Source: Camelus ferus (lineage: Eukaryota). Taken from it: DNA of 64,000 nucleotides. The stretch covers positions 53,880,001 to 53,944,000 of the forward strand of contig NC_045696.1 of the NCBI RefSeq assembly GCF_009834535.1, in the 5' to 3' direction. Shown one piece after another: positions 12,021-24,376 of this stretch. Within the stretch, counting starts at the first letter, position 1; every line of letters starts with the position of its first letter. Below the pieces are notes generated by a model. That model had not been told where the DNA came from and made no database searches. It saw nothing but the letters and a program-made list of their open reading frames with translations. The translations under genes and the position numbers were made by a program.

Positions 12021-13549
12021 CATTAAATTCCATTCAAAGAAACAATCAAAGTGATTCCATTCTACCTATTCTGCAGCACTCCAAGGATAACAGTAGGGAT
12101 CACTCTTCGCCCGTACATTTGGCACGTTATAATTCCCTGAACACAGTGGCAGAACACAAGAAAGAAAGGAATATGCTGAAATGTCAGTGCCTTGAAGGCA
12201 GAGCTTTGACAGCTCTTGAAGCTGCTTGGGGAACTTATCTGTTGTCTCTCAACAGGAACAGTAACAGTAGGCTTTGGTAAGAGAGAGAAAGCTAGAACGT
12301 CTCTAATTTTCCTGTTCCTAAAGCTTCTCTTGCTTGGCAGAACCTCTCGGTATGTGGGAAGACCTTTGGGACAACTCTCTCCACGGCTGCCAGGTAGCTG
12401 CCTTCGCTGTGTCTGATGTGGCTCCTGTCAGACGTCCTGCATCCCCTCCACCCGCCTGGTTACATAAGGATGAATCGACATTACAATGTAAAAATAGCAG
12501 AGGTTAGATGTGAGACCCAGGTGCTTCAATAAGTGAGCACATTCAGCCCAGTCCCGGTGGGCGGAAAACCAATAAAGATATTGACAAGCAGAACCGATGT
12601 TATCTTTATAAGACATTCCTAAAGCATCTCGAAAAACAATTCCCACAATAGCATTTTCCTTTTCCTTTTCTATCTTGAGTACCCCCTTCTGACCACCCAG
12701 TCTCCAAGCCGAATGCAATAACAACAGTGGATCCAGAAGAGTAAACAAGGAGACAGAGGAGATAAAATCCTTGCCCTTCCAGGATAGTGTTTTGTGTTAA
12801 GCATTCAGCTGAATGGCTTAGGCAGCGAGAATCCGCTTCCATGCGGCTAGGGGGAGCCCGAACACAGTGAACACTCTGGTAAACTGAACTCATTAAAATT
12901 TTCTGTCCTGCAGCTTCAGAGTGTCTTTTGAAAGTATCCCCTTTCATTGGTCAGGGAAGAATCTAAGCGTCTCTGATTGGAGGATGGAAAAGTAGAAGCA
13001 GCAGAATCCCCTAGATACATACTAAGGTGTTCTGTTTTGTTTTGTTTTTTGGTATGGTGTCCGCATTCCTGGGTAGGATGGGACTGTTTCCTGCAGTTGT
13101 ACACAGCCACAGCAGGAGAAACCAGGAAGGTCATTGTAAATTTTCAGATGGAGATAGTTTGCAACTGGCTTGTTTTCTCCATATACCCACCTGTTCTATT
13201 TTTAATTTGATGCCTTCCATAATAGCACTTTTTTACCTTTTTCACCTTTTTCAGTTGAGGACTGGGTTTCATGCTTCATATGTATATATACAGCCTTTTG
13301 GCTTCAAATGCAGTAGTCAGATGAAAGCGAGCTTGTGACATGTAAATCAATAACAACACCACTAAGAAAAGCAGGCTAGAGCCAGTTCCTAGTTTATCAG
13401 CAGGTAGTTTGCATCTGGTTGTCTGGAAGTTTACCACCATCCCCTAGAAATGTTAAATTCCTGAAAGCACTTAAAAATTGCTTTAATACCCAATATACTT
13501 GATCATTAGTGCACAATATACTTGATCCTAACCTGAGAAACAAAATAAT

Positions 13550-13840
13550 ATAGTAGAGTTACTTTATTAATTGGGTAAATTTCAGCAAGCTATTTAACTT
13601 GACTGATCACAGCTCCTTACTTTAAAGTGAGGATACTTTGGGTTATTTTGAGGTTTAAGCAAGAAGATGGTTGAAAAGTGTTTAACATATTGCTTGGCAC
13701 ACATAAATGCCTACATCCTTAGTTATCCAGAACCTGACATGGAGCTTGGGACAAAATAAATACTCAAAAAACATTTGTTGAGAAAAAGAAGAAGAAGAAT
13801 GAATGAATGAACAAATCAATGAATGAAAATGAATGAACAA
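13550..13840 (+). mobile_element. MIR fragment followed by L2 3' tail
   Basis: GCAAGCTATTTAAC..GTGTTTAACATATTGCTTGGCACACATAA then AAATACTCAAAAAACATTTGTTGA..(GAAT)n. Confidence 0.6.
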
Positions 13841-14631
13841 GTTAAGGGAATTCCGCATACAATATCTTCATGGAAAATATACAGGATTGCATTTTCCTGA
13901 CTACCTTCCCCCATCCCCTGTTCTTTTGCTACACCGGGTAGAAGACCCCTCTCCTTTACTCTTCTTTGAATAGTAATGAGGAATTCTCCAACTCTACTCC
14001 ATTTGCAGCTCCAAGACCCAATAAGAATGAGGACTATGGGTGGAAATGAGAGGGTTAGCATTGTGGAGCTGTCCAAGGTAGAAAAAGGAGTATAAATACT
14101 AGCTTTGAGTCCCTCAAGCTATAATGGAAGGAAAAAAGGCTCAGATTAGGGATACAGGAACAGCAACCTTGGCAGGGAGAGAACAGCATGAAGAACTTCA
14201 GAGGGGAGAGAATCATGTGTGTAATAATTAAAAAGGCAGGAGTTCCAGGAATGCAGGGGAAGGACTGATGACAAGGCTGAGGGGAGAAGGGAAATGCTGA
14301 GATGAGGGTCTGTAATAGGATGAAGGCAGGGATGGGGTACAATAGGATGACATACATCAAGGTAGCAAGCAAAGTGTAAGAAAATCTCTTTGTAGTCAGG
14401 CCTACTGAGACTGAGTGTTCAGTTTCACTGAATTGAAAGTGATAGGAACTGTTCAATTTTACAAGCAAGACAAACAGTGAGGCAGAAACCAAGCTTGGTC
14501 AGGACATGTGTGTGCTGATGGTTCAGGAAGGGTGATTTTATTACTCATGCCCAAAAGGTCTCAGCCCCTGTGAGTGGGAAGGAGTCAGTGTTTCTGCTCA
14601 GGCAGGAGAAGTTAAAAAGACACCAGGTCAG

Positions 14632-15164
14632 ATGGATAAAGAAGCTGTGGTATATTTATACAATGGAATACTACTAAGCCATAAAAAAGAATAAAATAAT
14701 GCCATTTGCAGCAACATGGATGGACCTGGAGATTGTCATTCAAAATGAAGTAAGCCAGAAAGAGAAAGGAAAATATAATATCATATGATATCACTCATAT
14801 ATAGACTGTAAAAAAAAAAGAAAGAAAGAAAAAATAAGACACTAATGAACTTATCTACAAAAACAGAAACAGACTCACAGACACAGTAAACAACCTTATG
14901 GCTACTAGAGGGAAGAGGGTAAGAAGGGATACATTAGGAGTTTGAGATTTGTGAATATTAACTAGTATATATAAAATAGATAAACAACAACTTTCTTCTG
15001 TATAGCACAGGGAACTATATTCAATATCTTGTAGTAACCTATAATGAAAAAGAATATAAAAATGAATATATATATATATATATATGCATATGTAAGACTG
15101 AACTATTATGCTGTACACTAGGAATTGACACATTGTCAACTGACTGTACTTCAATTAAAAAAAA
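14632..15164 (+). mobile_element. 5'-truncated young L1 (ORF2 end plus 3' UTR) with 18-bp TSD
   Basis: TSD AAAAAGACACCAGGTCAG (14614-14631) / AAAAAGACATCAGGTCAG (15165-15182); TT|AAAA target; poly-A tail; encodes a WIKKLWYIYTMEYY remnant. Confidence 0.93.
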
Positions 15165-18124
15165 AAAAAGACATCAGGTCAGGGACAAAGCTGGGAAACA
15201 GGCTATATCACAGGCAACTGCAGAACAGAGGAGGGCAGAGTCCCAGTTGGAAGATGGTACCACCAACAAAAGTCAGTGAGACAGGTTCTTCAGCCACCAA
15301 ACTGGAGGAAGGTCCCTTCTGGGGCTGTAACTGCCTTGGCCCATTCAACTTACTGCCTCTTTGGGTCCTGGAGATCGGGCCTGATGTTTCTGATCTGGCT
15401 TCACACCATTGTTGCTGTACTACGTGAAGTGTCTAAAGACACATTTACCTCACTTGGGCGGATCGTATTCTCCCTCAGTCCTGTGAGTAAGGCCTCCCTA
15501 GAGTCTTTTTCTCCATTTGTCTTCTTCTAGAAATTCATATTCCCCTGGAGTAGAGACTAGATTTCAGCATGAAGCCAGTGCTCAGCTTTGGTGGTCCCCA
15601 GTGTCGGCTTCTGTGACAAGGCATGAAGGCTGGACCTATTTATTTCAGAGACAAAGGACCCCCCTTAATAGAGGTATTTGCCCAGTGAAGATTTCCTGGT
15701 AAGAGTTTTAATTGCTGAGCATTTTAATTGTAGGTCTATTAACTTAATAGAAAATAGAGAAAAATGCTACCAGCATGTATATACTTAAAATTAAGAAAGA
15801 TGATTGGACATTCTTTGCTTAACACAAAGAAAAACTTTTCTGGATTAGTTCCCATGTATTTGTAAGTAAGTAAAATCTGTCTGATTTTGACTCTGTGGCA
15901 TTACTTGTCTTCATAAAGGTAGGATGCACACTAGTGCCTGGAATAGCACCTGCAGGTGCTAACGCGGGCAAAGCAGGTGATGGGTTCTCACACTTTACAC
16001 ACGATGCGTGGCTCAATTTGTCATCTTGAAACAAAAACAGCAACAAACAAATTTTACCAACACTTTTACTGTTACGATTTTTAAAAGCTAGTGAAAATTA
16101 CTGAGATATATGATTTCTCTGAGGGAGGTTACTAGTTCCAGAATTGCCTGCTTAAATAATATGCCCCTCAGTATTCTGAAGATTTTTCCAAGACACAGAA
16201 ATATTCAGTTCACTGAACACCTCACTGTGTCTGAGGTTTTTTCTTTATAAAATGAAAACTGCTATTCAAACTCACAGAGGTGCTGAAAGAACTAATAAAA
16301 TGCCAAAGACAAAAAAAAAATTAAAAACCTCATGCTTAGATGGATACATGTATGTGAATGATTATATATACACACACACATATATATATATTCTTATATA
16401 AATGTAATATATAGGTAACAGGTTTCTTTTAACTTATCAGGGGTATAAAATCAGTTTGTATGTGGCAGTGGAACTAAGCTGGGTTTTCATTTGACATGTC
16501 ATTGCTGTGTGACCTTGGTTCGGTTATTAACCTTTTTTGAACATCAGTTCCCATGAGGCCTTGATGTGACAATTCATATGAACATACTGTGTGAACCGCA
16601 AAGTATTTTATAAATGTATGTTTTGCTGGAATCTAAATGGAGGCAGGAGCATAAATACATACAGTTTAAAGGCATTAAGCCACAGGGGGATTTCTTTGTA
16701 GCACACAAATGCCTAAATTTAGATTCCAAAGATTAGAACATAGAGGTATTCCAAGTAAATAGTGTTAGGCCTTCTGTAGCAAATAAGAACAAAAATTATA
16801 TGTTAGAAAAATGTTAAGTATTTCCTCCTTCCACCCAAAGAACAAGCCAGGACTTAAGTACTTTTAAATTCAGGGGGAAAACAAAAGAGAGAGAGAGTGG
16901 AAAGACAAGGCTACCAATAATGCACATTATGAAGCGTATTCTTACAGTAATACATTTTCTAGAGGCAAAAAGGGAACAGGCAGCATGGATGATGTTTGAT
17001 ATGGACTGGAGGTGCCGCTGTTTGGTTTCCATTTTCTTGTTTTAGTAGAGCCCCTGGCCTCAGACTCTGCCATGTACCCTTGGTACACAGTCCCCTGCTA
17101 CCACCTCTTCCCTCTCACATCTCCCTTCCTTTTGGCTCTAGCTCTTTCTACTGCCTTTGAAAGGGTGAAAGCTATGACTGGTGTAAGCACATGAAGAGGC
17201 CCTGTAATTTCTGGAGTCATACACCCATTTGGCCTGTGTGCAGCTTCTCCAGCACTTCTGATAATCCCAAGAGGTTCAAAAGAGTCAAGAGCTTTACTTA
17301 AGATGACCCAGCTGATGAGAGACCCAGGGTTGATACTCAGACCTGGCTGGCTTCAGTGACTGTATACGCTTTCCCAAAGAGCTGAGAAGGAGAGTTCTCC
17401 TCCTCAGGTGTGGAGTTTGACATGGGGCAGGAAGGCCCGAGGAGACAACCAAGGAAACGGTAGGAGACCAGCACCACTCCCTTCCCCACATTAATTGCTG
17501 TTCTGGAATGCCAGCTCAGGCAATACAAGGAAAATGGCAGCCTCACACGAGAACTCATTGGGCCGACAGGCAGTGCTACTGGGAAAATGATGAAAGCTAC
17601 TCTGTGGACGCAGAGTCAGTATCAAAGGCCTGCTTCTGACTAGACAAAGTCTGATCTGCCCCTGGAACCAGGCGGGAAGGAACGAGCTGCCCCAGCCCCA
17701 CAACCCACCCGTGACAGCTGCAGCAGGCACACCATCTGCCTTCATGGTGCCACTGATCTCAGGGCTAGATTTTCATCGTCACCTTGCTGCACTCAGGAGA
17801 ACTTTGTACCCTTTTAGCATTCTTTGGAATGTCCTTTTTACATTTATACTAAAGAAAAAGCCATAATCCACGCCCTGGTCACTTTTAGAGTGTACTACTG
17901 TCATCACCCCCTTCCCTTTCTCCATGCATGTCCCAACTGCAGGACATCATTCTTCTTTCTTGCTCCCTCCCTCCCTCCTTTCTTTTGCTCCTTCTCAAAT
18001 GTTAATTGAGCCTCTTCTATAGGCACTGTGGTAGACACTGGAGATGTTCTGCTGGACCTATAGTTCCCATGGGCCTGGAATTTCTACTCTTCTCCTGCAG
18101 TTTTTCTTTTATACATGATTTTTA

Positions 18125-18269
18125 TTTTGTTTTGTAGTTGTTATTGTTTTAGGGAGAGGTAATTACGTTTACTTATTATTCATTCATTTTAATGGCAGTA
18201 CTGGGGATTGAACTCAGGACCTTGTACACGCTAAGCACGCACTTTACCACTGAGTTATACCCTCCCCCC
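18125..18269 (-). mobile_element. Full-length vic-1-type SINE with 14-bp TSD
   Basis: Perfect TSD ATACATGATTTTTA at 18111-18124 and 18270-18283; reverse complement GGGGGAGGGTATAACTCAGTGGTAAAGTGCGTGCTTAGCG... Confidence 0.92.
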
Positions 18270-18417
18270 ATACATGATTTTTAATAAATCCTTTTGGCCA
18301 AATGCTAGAATCAGATTCTTTCTCTCATTGTCTTCGAAAGTCACCCATCTACTTCTTTAAATACAAGCTCTTCCAGCAAGTCAAATGAGATTGTGTATCC
18401 AAGAAAGGGTGTTTTTC

Positions 18418-18599
18418 AGGAGTTCTTAACATGACCATGGTTCATTAAGGAATTTATAGATGGACTTCATTTATTCTATCACCTCCTTGAAACTGTAAGG
18501 AAAATTTTGTTTATGTAGGTGTAGGTGGTTTTTTTCTGAAAATAGTTTGCACTGGATTTTCAAAGGGGTCTATAACCTAAAACTGGATAAGAACAACTG
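18418..18599. mobile_element. hAT-Charlie MITE (old)
   Basis: TIR-like CAGGAGTTCTTAAC...ATAAGAACAACTG with internal GATTTTCAAAGGGGTC. Confidence 0.6.
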
Positions 18600-19617
18600 A
18601 GGTATTTGAAGGTAATGGTGGTAAAATTTCTAAAATCTGTTCTCTGTATGTGTTAACATTAGGCTGTTTCTCATACATCATTTGATTTCATGATGATCAC
18701 GACCTTGAGGGACACAAATGAAGACTCATATCAGTGAGGATAATTTGATGGTACATTTTAAAGTTTGGTTTGTCTCAAAATGATATGAAAAGAATCAGGA
18801 TTACTCACAAGAAGGGACCAATGTAAGATTTAATTTATAATATATGTTCCAATTCAAATGAATATATTATAAACTATTTTCAATATAAAGTATTTTGATG
18901 CATTCACACAGCAATAAAATACAGCTTTATGGGACTATGTGGTGAAACTATGTGTTTCCAAAGAATGAAAATTAGCGATATTTTTAGTTTGTTTTGCTTA
19001 GTGCAGCCCTATGTACATGGTTCATAGAGGAAATGGACTCATGCACAACAGTATCTGATTTGGAGTTGATCATACCATACACAGTGATAATTCAGTGATA
19101 CCTTCTGTTATAATGTGTCCAAATAGTCCTTCTTTCTGTATCTATACACAGATATGAGAGATTTACAGGTTATTCTTGCCTTGTCTATACAGTTGTGTAT
19201 AAGAAGCCTCCAGGGTTTATTATCTGGTGGAATTAGCTGGCCACATCGTAGGAGGAAACTTTGAAAGTGAGACAAACTAGAGCTTGCCAGCTCCTCACGC
19301 TTCTACCATAGGGAGGTCAGAACCCCTCAGCCCAAATGAGGAAGAAAAAGGATTAAGAGTTCTGTGTCTTTGAAGTTCTATAAATAAAAATTAAACCCCT
19401 CAACAAATCATTCTCACACTTGAAGTTTCAGGTGGAAATACTATATTAATGATCCTAGAAACCAGACTGGGATGAAAAAATGGGTATTGGAAACACCCGC
19501 CTCACACCACTGATGGCATATGGAGGAAACTCTGAGTAGCTTATAGAAAACATACAAAGAAAAATCATCGTATCAGTCAATTCATTCATTAATTCATTCA
19601 ACAAAAATCTATGTGGC

Positions 19618-20019
19618 CGACTCCAAGGTATGTATCCAAGTGAAAGGAAAATCTATGTTCACACAAAAACCTTTACCCTAATGTTTATCCAGCTTTATCT
19701 ATAACCACCCCAAGCAAGAAATACCCACCAATGTCCTTCTACTTGGGCATGGATAAACAAACAGTGGTATACCCATATGATGGAACACTAAGCTAAAAAA
19801 AAGTGAATGAAGTACTGATACATGCTACAACATGAGTGGATCTCAGCTGCGTTGTTCAAATTAAAATAAGCCAGCCTCAAAGGCGACATACTGTATAATT
19901 CCATTTTTGTGACAATCTGGCAAAGGCAAACTAACTACAGGGACAGAGAACAGATTAGTCACTGCCAGAGGTAAAAGAGTAGGGAAGCATTAACTACAAA
20001 GGATTAGTACAAAAATGTG

Positions 20020-20062
<43 letters not shown>

Positions 20063-20205
20063 ATGTGTGTGTGGTGGGTGGTGGGGAGGAATGGAGCCAT
20101 TTCGTATCTAGATTGTAGTGGTGTTACACAACTCTGCATCTGTTCAAACACAGAAATGTACACCAAAAGGAGTGGATCTCACTGCATAAAAATTGAAAAA
20201 CAAAT
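19618..20205 (+). mobile_element. Old L1M (L1MB-MD type) 3' end
   Basis: TATGTTCACACAAAAACCT, GGATAAACAAA..TGGTATA, CATACTGTATAATTCCATTT, GGGACAGAGAACAGATTAGT. Confidence 0.85.
20024..20060. repeat. (TG)n microsatellite, about 18 units
   Basis: Perfect TG run inside the L1. Confidence 0.95.
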
Positions 20206-20529
20206 TTGAGAAAAAGGATGGTAAGAAGATAGTCCAAGTTCAAAAGCAATTTTATTCAATATTAAAAAAAAAAAATTTCCTGGACTCTGTAAGGAGTTCA
20301 GAGATGGAAACAACACAACCAAAATACAAAATCCTTTTCCTTGACCTTAAACATCACAAACTAATGAGCCAAGCAAGCTTGTCAGGAGGAACAGAAAAAG
20401 CTTTGGTAGCTACAGGAGAGGTCTGCACCATCTAAAGGATGAGGAAAAGCTATTGTTACTGGAATAGATTTTCTCTGGTCACTTTTGTCAGAAATGTAAC
20501 CTCATAGCTGTGACTTCTGCTACAAAAAC

Positions 20530-21620
20530 AAGGCACCATGCCTCCGCCCCTCCCTTCTGCCCATCACCTCAACTGCTGTTGCTCAGCAGAACGTAGCCTG
20601 CCATCCTCCCTCTTTCCCTACAGCTGTAATGATTCCACCATAGGAAAGACATTCTCCTCCAAAGAGCTCCTGGTTTTGGGGGTGTCAGTGGGCTCAGCTG
20701 ACATAAACAGCTTTTAGGGCTCGCAGAAAGGGCAAGGTTTATTTCTTCATCTCTGATGGATATATAGATTTGATAATTTAAAAGACAGCTAAACTGCACT
20801 TCTTGTGGGCTTTTTACTTTTTTTTTTCTTTTCCGTTTTCTTCATCCCCTGGGAGCCTACTGAGCAGCTCTCTCCCCGCCTTATCTCACCGACTACAGTA
20901 ATGAGCTCCAGGGGGACCTCGAGACCGCCTTTGAAGTAACACGTTTCTCTGAATACACTTTGAAATGTCTCTCGTCCATTGTTTGTTTCTTGTTTGCTCT
21001 GACTGTTTCCTTGTAGGGGGGCCTGACAGCTGTTGGGGGGAGGGGCGGTCCAGTGTGACAGTTCTGCAGTGTGTAAACTGAACAACAGCAACAAAACTAC
21101 AAACAAAATAAGACAGAAAGAAAGAAGAAGAAGAAAACAAAGAACCAAAAAAACAAAACAGAACAAAACCCTTCCAACCACAGCCAGAGTGGGAACGTGG
21201 GAGCGTAAGCCCCTCGGCTGGAGTTGCTGCAGCATCCTGCTGGCAGCGGGCAGAGGAAGACCACCAGGATAGACACAGCTGGGAGGCCTGACAACTGTCA
21301 CAGAGGAGATGGTCTGCTGGAGACAGGTCCTCTGGCGAGAGCTCAGAGACAGCCCAGGGGAGGGGCAGACAGGCAGAGGAGCCCTCCCCTCCTTTCCTTG
21401 GGATGTAAGTGCACACAGATCCTGCATCTGAAATAGGTGAGGAGCCCGCACACCGAGCAGGAAGACACACAGCACATGCATTTTAACCTTTACACCTTCT
21501 TCACTGGAAAGACCTCAAACACATTTTGGAGATTCAGGGAATAAGATTCGATTTAGCATTTAGGAGGCAGGAAGGAAAAAGGATATAAAAGGTGAGGAGA
21601 AACCTAGCCTAGATGCTCCA
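20530..21620. promoter_or_regulatory. CpG-enriched, probably bidirectional promoter region
   Basis: Repeat-free; about 14 CpG in 20860-21460 versus a depleted background; GC boxes near 20542, 20874 and 21043; forkhead motifs (ATAAACA 20703, TGTTTGT 20980, TGTTTGC 20991); TATAAAAG at 21584-21591. Confidence 0.6.
20890..21060 (-). other. PDE4D: Candidate non-coding first exon (5' end uncertain), possibly PDE4D long-isoform (PDE4D7) exon 1
   Basis: Strong donor TCG|GTGAGA at 20890/20889 within the promoter-like block; gene identity is from recollection of the human PDE4D/PART1 arrangement and is not verified by alignment. Confidence 0.4.
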
Positions 21621-22070
21621 TTTAGCCCTGCACTCACATTCAGGACAAAAGAATTAAATTTCAATTGACAGAATTTATCAGCCACTGTTTCCAGCCAACT
21701 GGATTGAAACTTGATGGAGAAAAGTAGTAGGGATAGAAAGAAAACCAGATTGCAATAGTCCTGGAAATACGAAGAGGGCTGTCCTCTGCCTAGAAATTCA
21801 GTAGAGAATGGAAAACCAGGCTGACAATGTCAATTCGGTACAACTGGGCTTTCTTTTTATGAAAATACTTGAGAAGACCATGAGACTGGGAAGTCTGGAC
21901 CAGAGGACATGCACATTCAAGGAAACTTGTTTTGCTTCAGCAGAATAGCAGAAGGCCCGCAGAGTGAGATAGAGGACCCTGGAAGCTTTCAGTGTGGTCT
22001 CACTTCTGCTTCCCTGGGTTCCTTCTGAACACAGGCCTGGGGTTTTGAAATCACAACTCAAATTCATACT
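21017..22070 (+). ncRNA. PART1: Possible antisense lncRNA region (PART1 orthologue-like); boundaries uncertain
   Basis: Plus-strand acceptor CTGACTGTTTCCTTGTAG|G (21016/21017), donors GAT|GTAAGT (21404/5) and TAG|GTGAGG (21436/7), TATA at 21584; 21830-22070 resembles my recollection of human PART1 (unverified). Confidence 0.33.
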
Positions 22071-22600
22071 TGAACATGGACTTGTAATCTCCTTGACACC
22101 CTTGCCTTACATACTTACTTAAATTAGAGTCATCTCTGTTTGACTCCTGTGACTTCTCTTTCCTGTCCTCCTGGCCTAGTCAGTCCCCAGGCCGTGTTTA
22201 TTCTTTTGGGAGGTATTTTCTCTTAGTGCACACCTCCTTCTCTCTCACACAAGCACCTATCATCGCCGAGCTAAACTCTGAAAGCACCCCTTACATGGTC
22301 TCCTTGGCTCTCTCCCATCCTTTGCCCTCCTTAAACTTCAGCTTAGTTTCCTTACAACACCGCTTTAGCGTCTACTTACAGATAAGAAACCCTCAAAATG
22401 TCTTACTTTTATGAAATAAAGACAGCATTCTTCAATTCCAAAGTAAAGGCAGAGAGCAATTACCAAGTCAGCTCCTAGGCTAACCTGGACATAAACCAGT
22501 AGGACTGCCTCATTCTCACCTCCAGGCCTTTATCAAAACATCATCTCATCCTTTTATTCCTTTGTGTGTGGTGCTCATAGCATCAAACACATGTAACCCC
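22060..22600 (+). mobile_element. L2 fragments
   Basis: Pyrimidine-rich degenerate L2 motifs (AGAGTCATC..TGACTCCT..TTCTCT). Confidence 0.5.
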
Positions 22601-23630
22601 TTTCCTTCCTTCTTTGGGTAAGCATTACCTAACGTGCACACGGCTTGTAGTTTGAGATGCCTTCACTCTAAGTACAACCACTCAGTTTAAATAGCCATGG
22701 ACACTGACAAGCTGGAGAATTAACAGAGGCTACTGATTCCATCCCAAAAGACAACGCTGGAGATGTCACAGGAATGAGAAGGAGGGCTATGAATGAAGGA
22801 AACCCCAGAGAGAGAAAGAAGTCAAGGATCTCCTGAGGGTGACAGCGTTCTCTGGACTGGGATGCTGAGGGAGCATTGTCAGTTCTACCCTTTGCTTCCT
22901 CCTCTTCTCCCCTTCCCTCTTTTGAAGGGCGGATCCTTCTTCCCCTGCTTTTTTACTGGTCCAGGGATCCCAGATTAGAGCTGAGAGCTGCTACAGCCTC
23001 ATTGGTGGAAAAAGGAGAACAAAAACAGATTCCCTTTCAGTTTAGATGGAATACTCACAAAAGTTAAATCTGCACCAGTCCAGAGACAAAGGCTTGATCA
23101 ATTCCAATGATTCAACATCTGACTATGTTATCTACCATACTGCAATAAAATTAGAAAAGAAAAATTAAGAAAGCCCAAAGATATTTCCTATGTCTTAAGA
23201 GTAAAATGCTTGCTATTAAATTACCCATGGGCTAATGCAGAAATCATCAGGGAAATTATGAAATACTTACAAGTGAATGACAATATCACTGCCTGTGAAA
23301 GCTGGCAGGGCACAGCTAAAGCAGAACTTGAGGAATATGCATAGTTTTAAAAACATTTATTAGAAAGGAAGAAAAAGATTGAAATAAAATGAGCCACGAT
23401 TCCACTGGATTCATTGGAAAAGGAGGGGCAGACAAAATTGAAATAAGGAGATAATTATTGAAGAAAAAGGCAGAAATCAAGAAACATAGAACAACAACAA
23501 CAAAAAACAGTAAACACTGCTCAAATCTAAATCTAGTTCTTTTAAGACTAGTTAGACAAACCTCTGATAAGATTTATTAAAGGAAAAAGGAAATATTTTC
23601 AAATGAACAAAACACAGAATACAAAGTTGG

Positions 23631-23738
23631 CTTTAGTGAGGGGGTATAGTTCAGTGGTAGAACATATGCTTAGCATGCACAAGGTCATGGGTTCAATCTC
23701 CAGTAATTCCATTAAAAGATGCATTAAAAATGCATAAT
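23631..23738 (+). mobile_element. vic-1-type SINE with 12-bp TSD
   Basis: TSD ATACAAAGTTGG at 23619-23630 and 23739-23750; GGGGTATAGTTCAGTGGTAGAAC..GCTTAGCATGCACAAGGTCATGGGTTCAATC. Confidence 0.9.
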
Positions 23739-23863
23739 ATACAAAGTTGGACATAGCCAAAGACAAAACAGCAATTAACAAAAAGAACAACTACTACAAC
23801 CAACCACCCACTAATACATATGAAAATAGATGAGAGCTCCATCTGAACAAGTGTGCAAATTAC

Positions 23864-24376
23864 TGTGGCAGATTGTATTTTTCATAAATGTCCACCCGTA
23901 CTTCCAGAATCCTGCCACTTTCTCATCAGAGTGAAGTCCAGTCCCCCTCCCTTTGAACCTGGGCAGACACCTGACTGCGCTGACCTGTAGACTGTGGCTC
24001 CCTGAACAGTTGTGTGACTTCCAATGCTACATCTTTCTCTCACTCTGGGAAAGCCAGTCACCAAGGTGAAAACCCAAATAAGCTGGCATGGGAAGATGAC
24101 ATGGTGAGACCAGATGAAGAGGCCCACGGGGAATGGACCTGAGGCCTGCATAGAAAGCTGGCAGCAACAGTTAGATAAGTGAATAAATGAGCTTTCAGGT
24201 GATTTTAGCCCCTAAACTTCAGTTCTTCCAGGTGAGGAACAAGATCACTCAGTAACAAGCCACCCCCCTATAGTCCTGTCTGAATTCCTGACCTTCAGAA
24301 TCTATGAGGATAAAAACTATTATTTTCACCCCTGAGTTTCAAGGTAATTTGTTACACAGCCATAGCAATTGAAACA
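23864..24376 (+). mobile_element. MaLR solo LTR (MLT1H-like)
   Basis: Starts TGTGGCAGATTGTATTTT, ends GGTAATTTGTTACACAGCCATAGCAATTGAAACA; CTGAATTCCTGACC..CAGAATC motif. Confidence 0.85.

Noticed and set aside
20789..21481. Longest ORFs in the track (230 aa and 194 aa, minus strand)
   Set aside because: They run through a low-complexity T-rich tract (FVLFCF...) and across a splice donor; no recognisable domain; open frames are explained by composition
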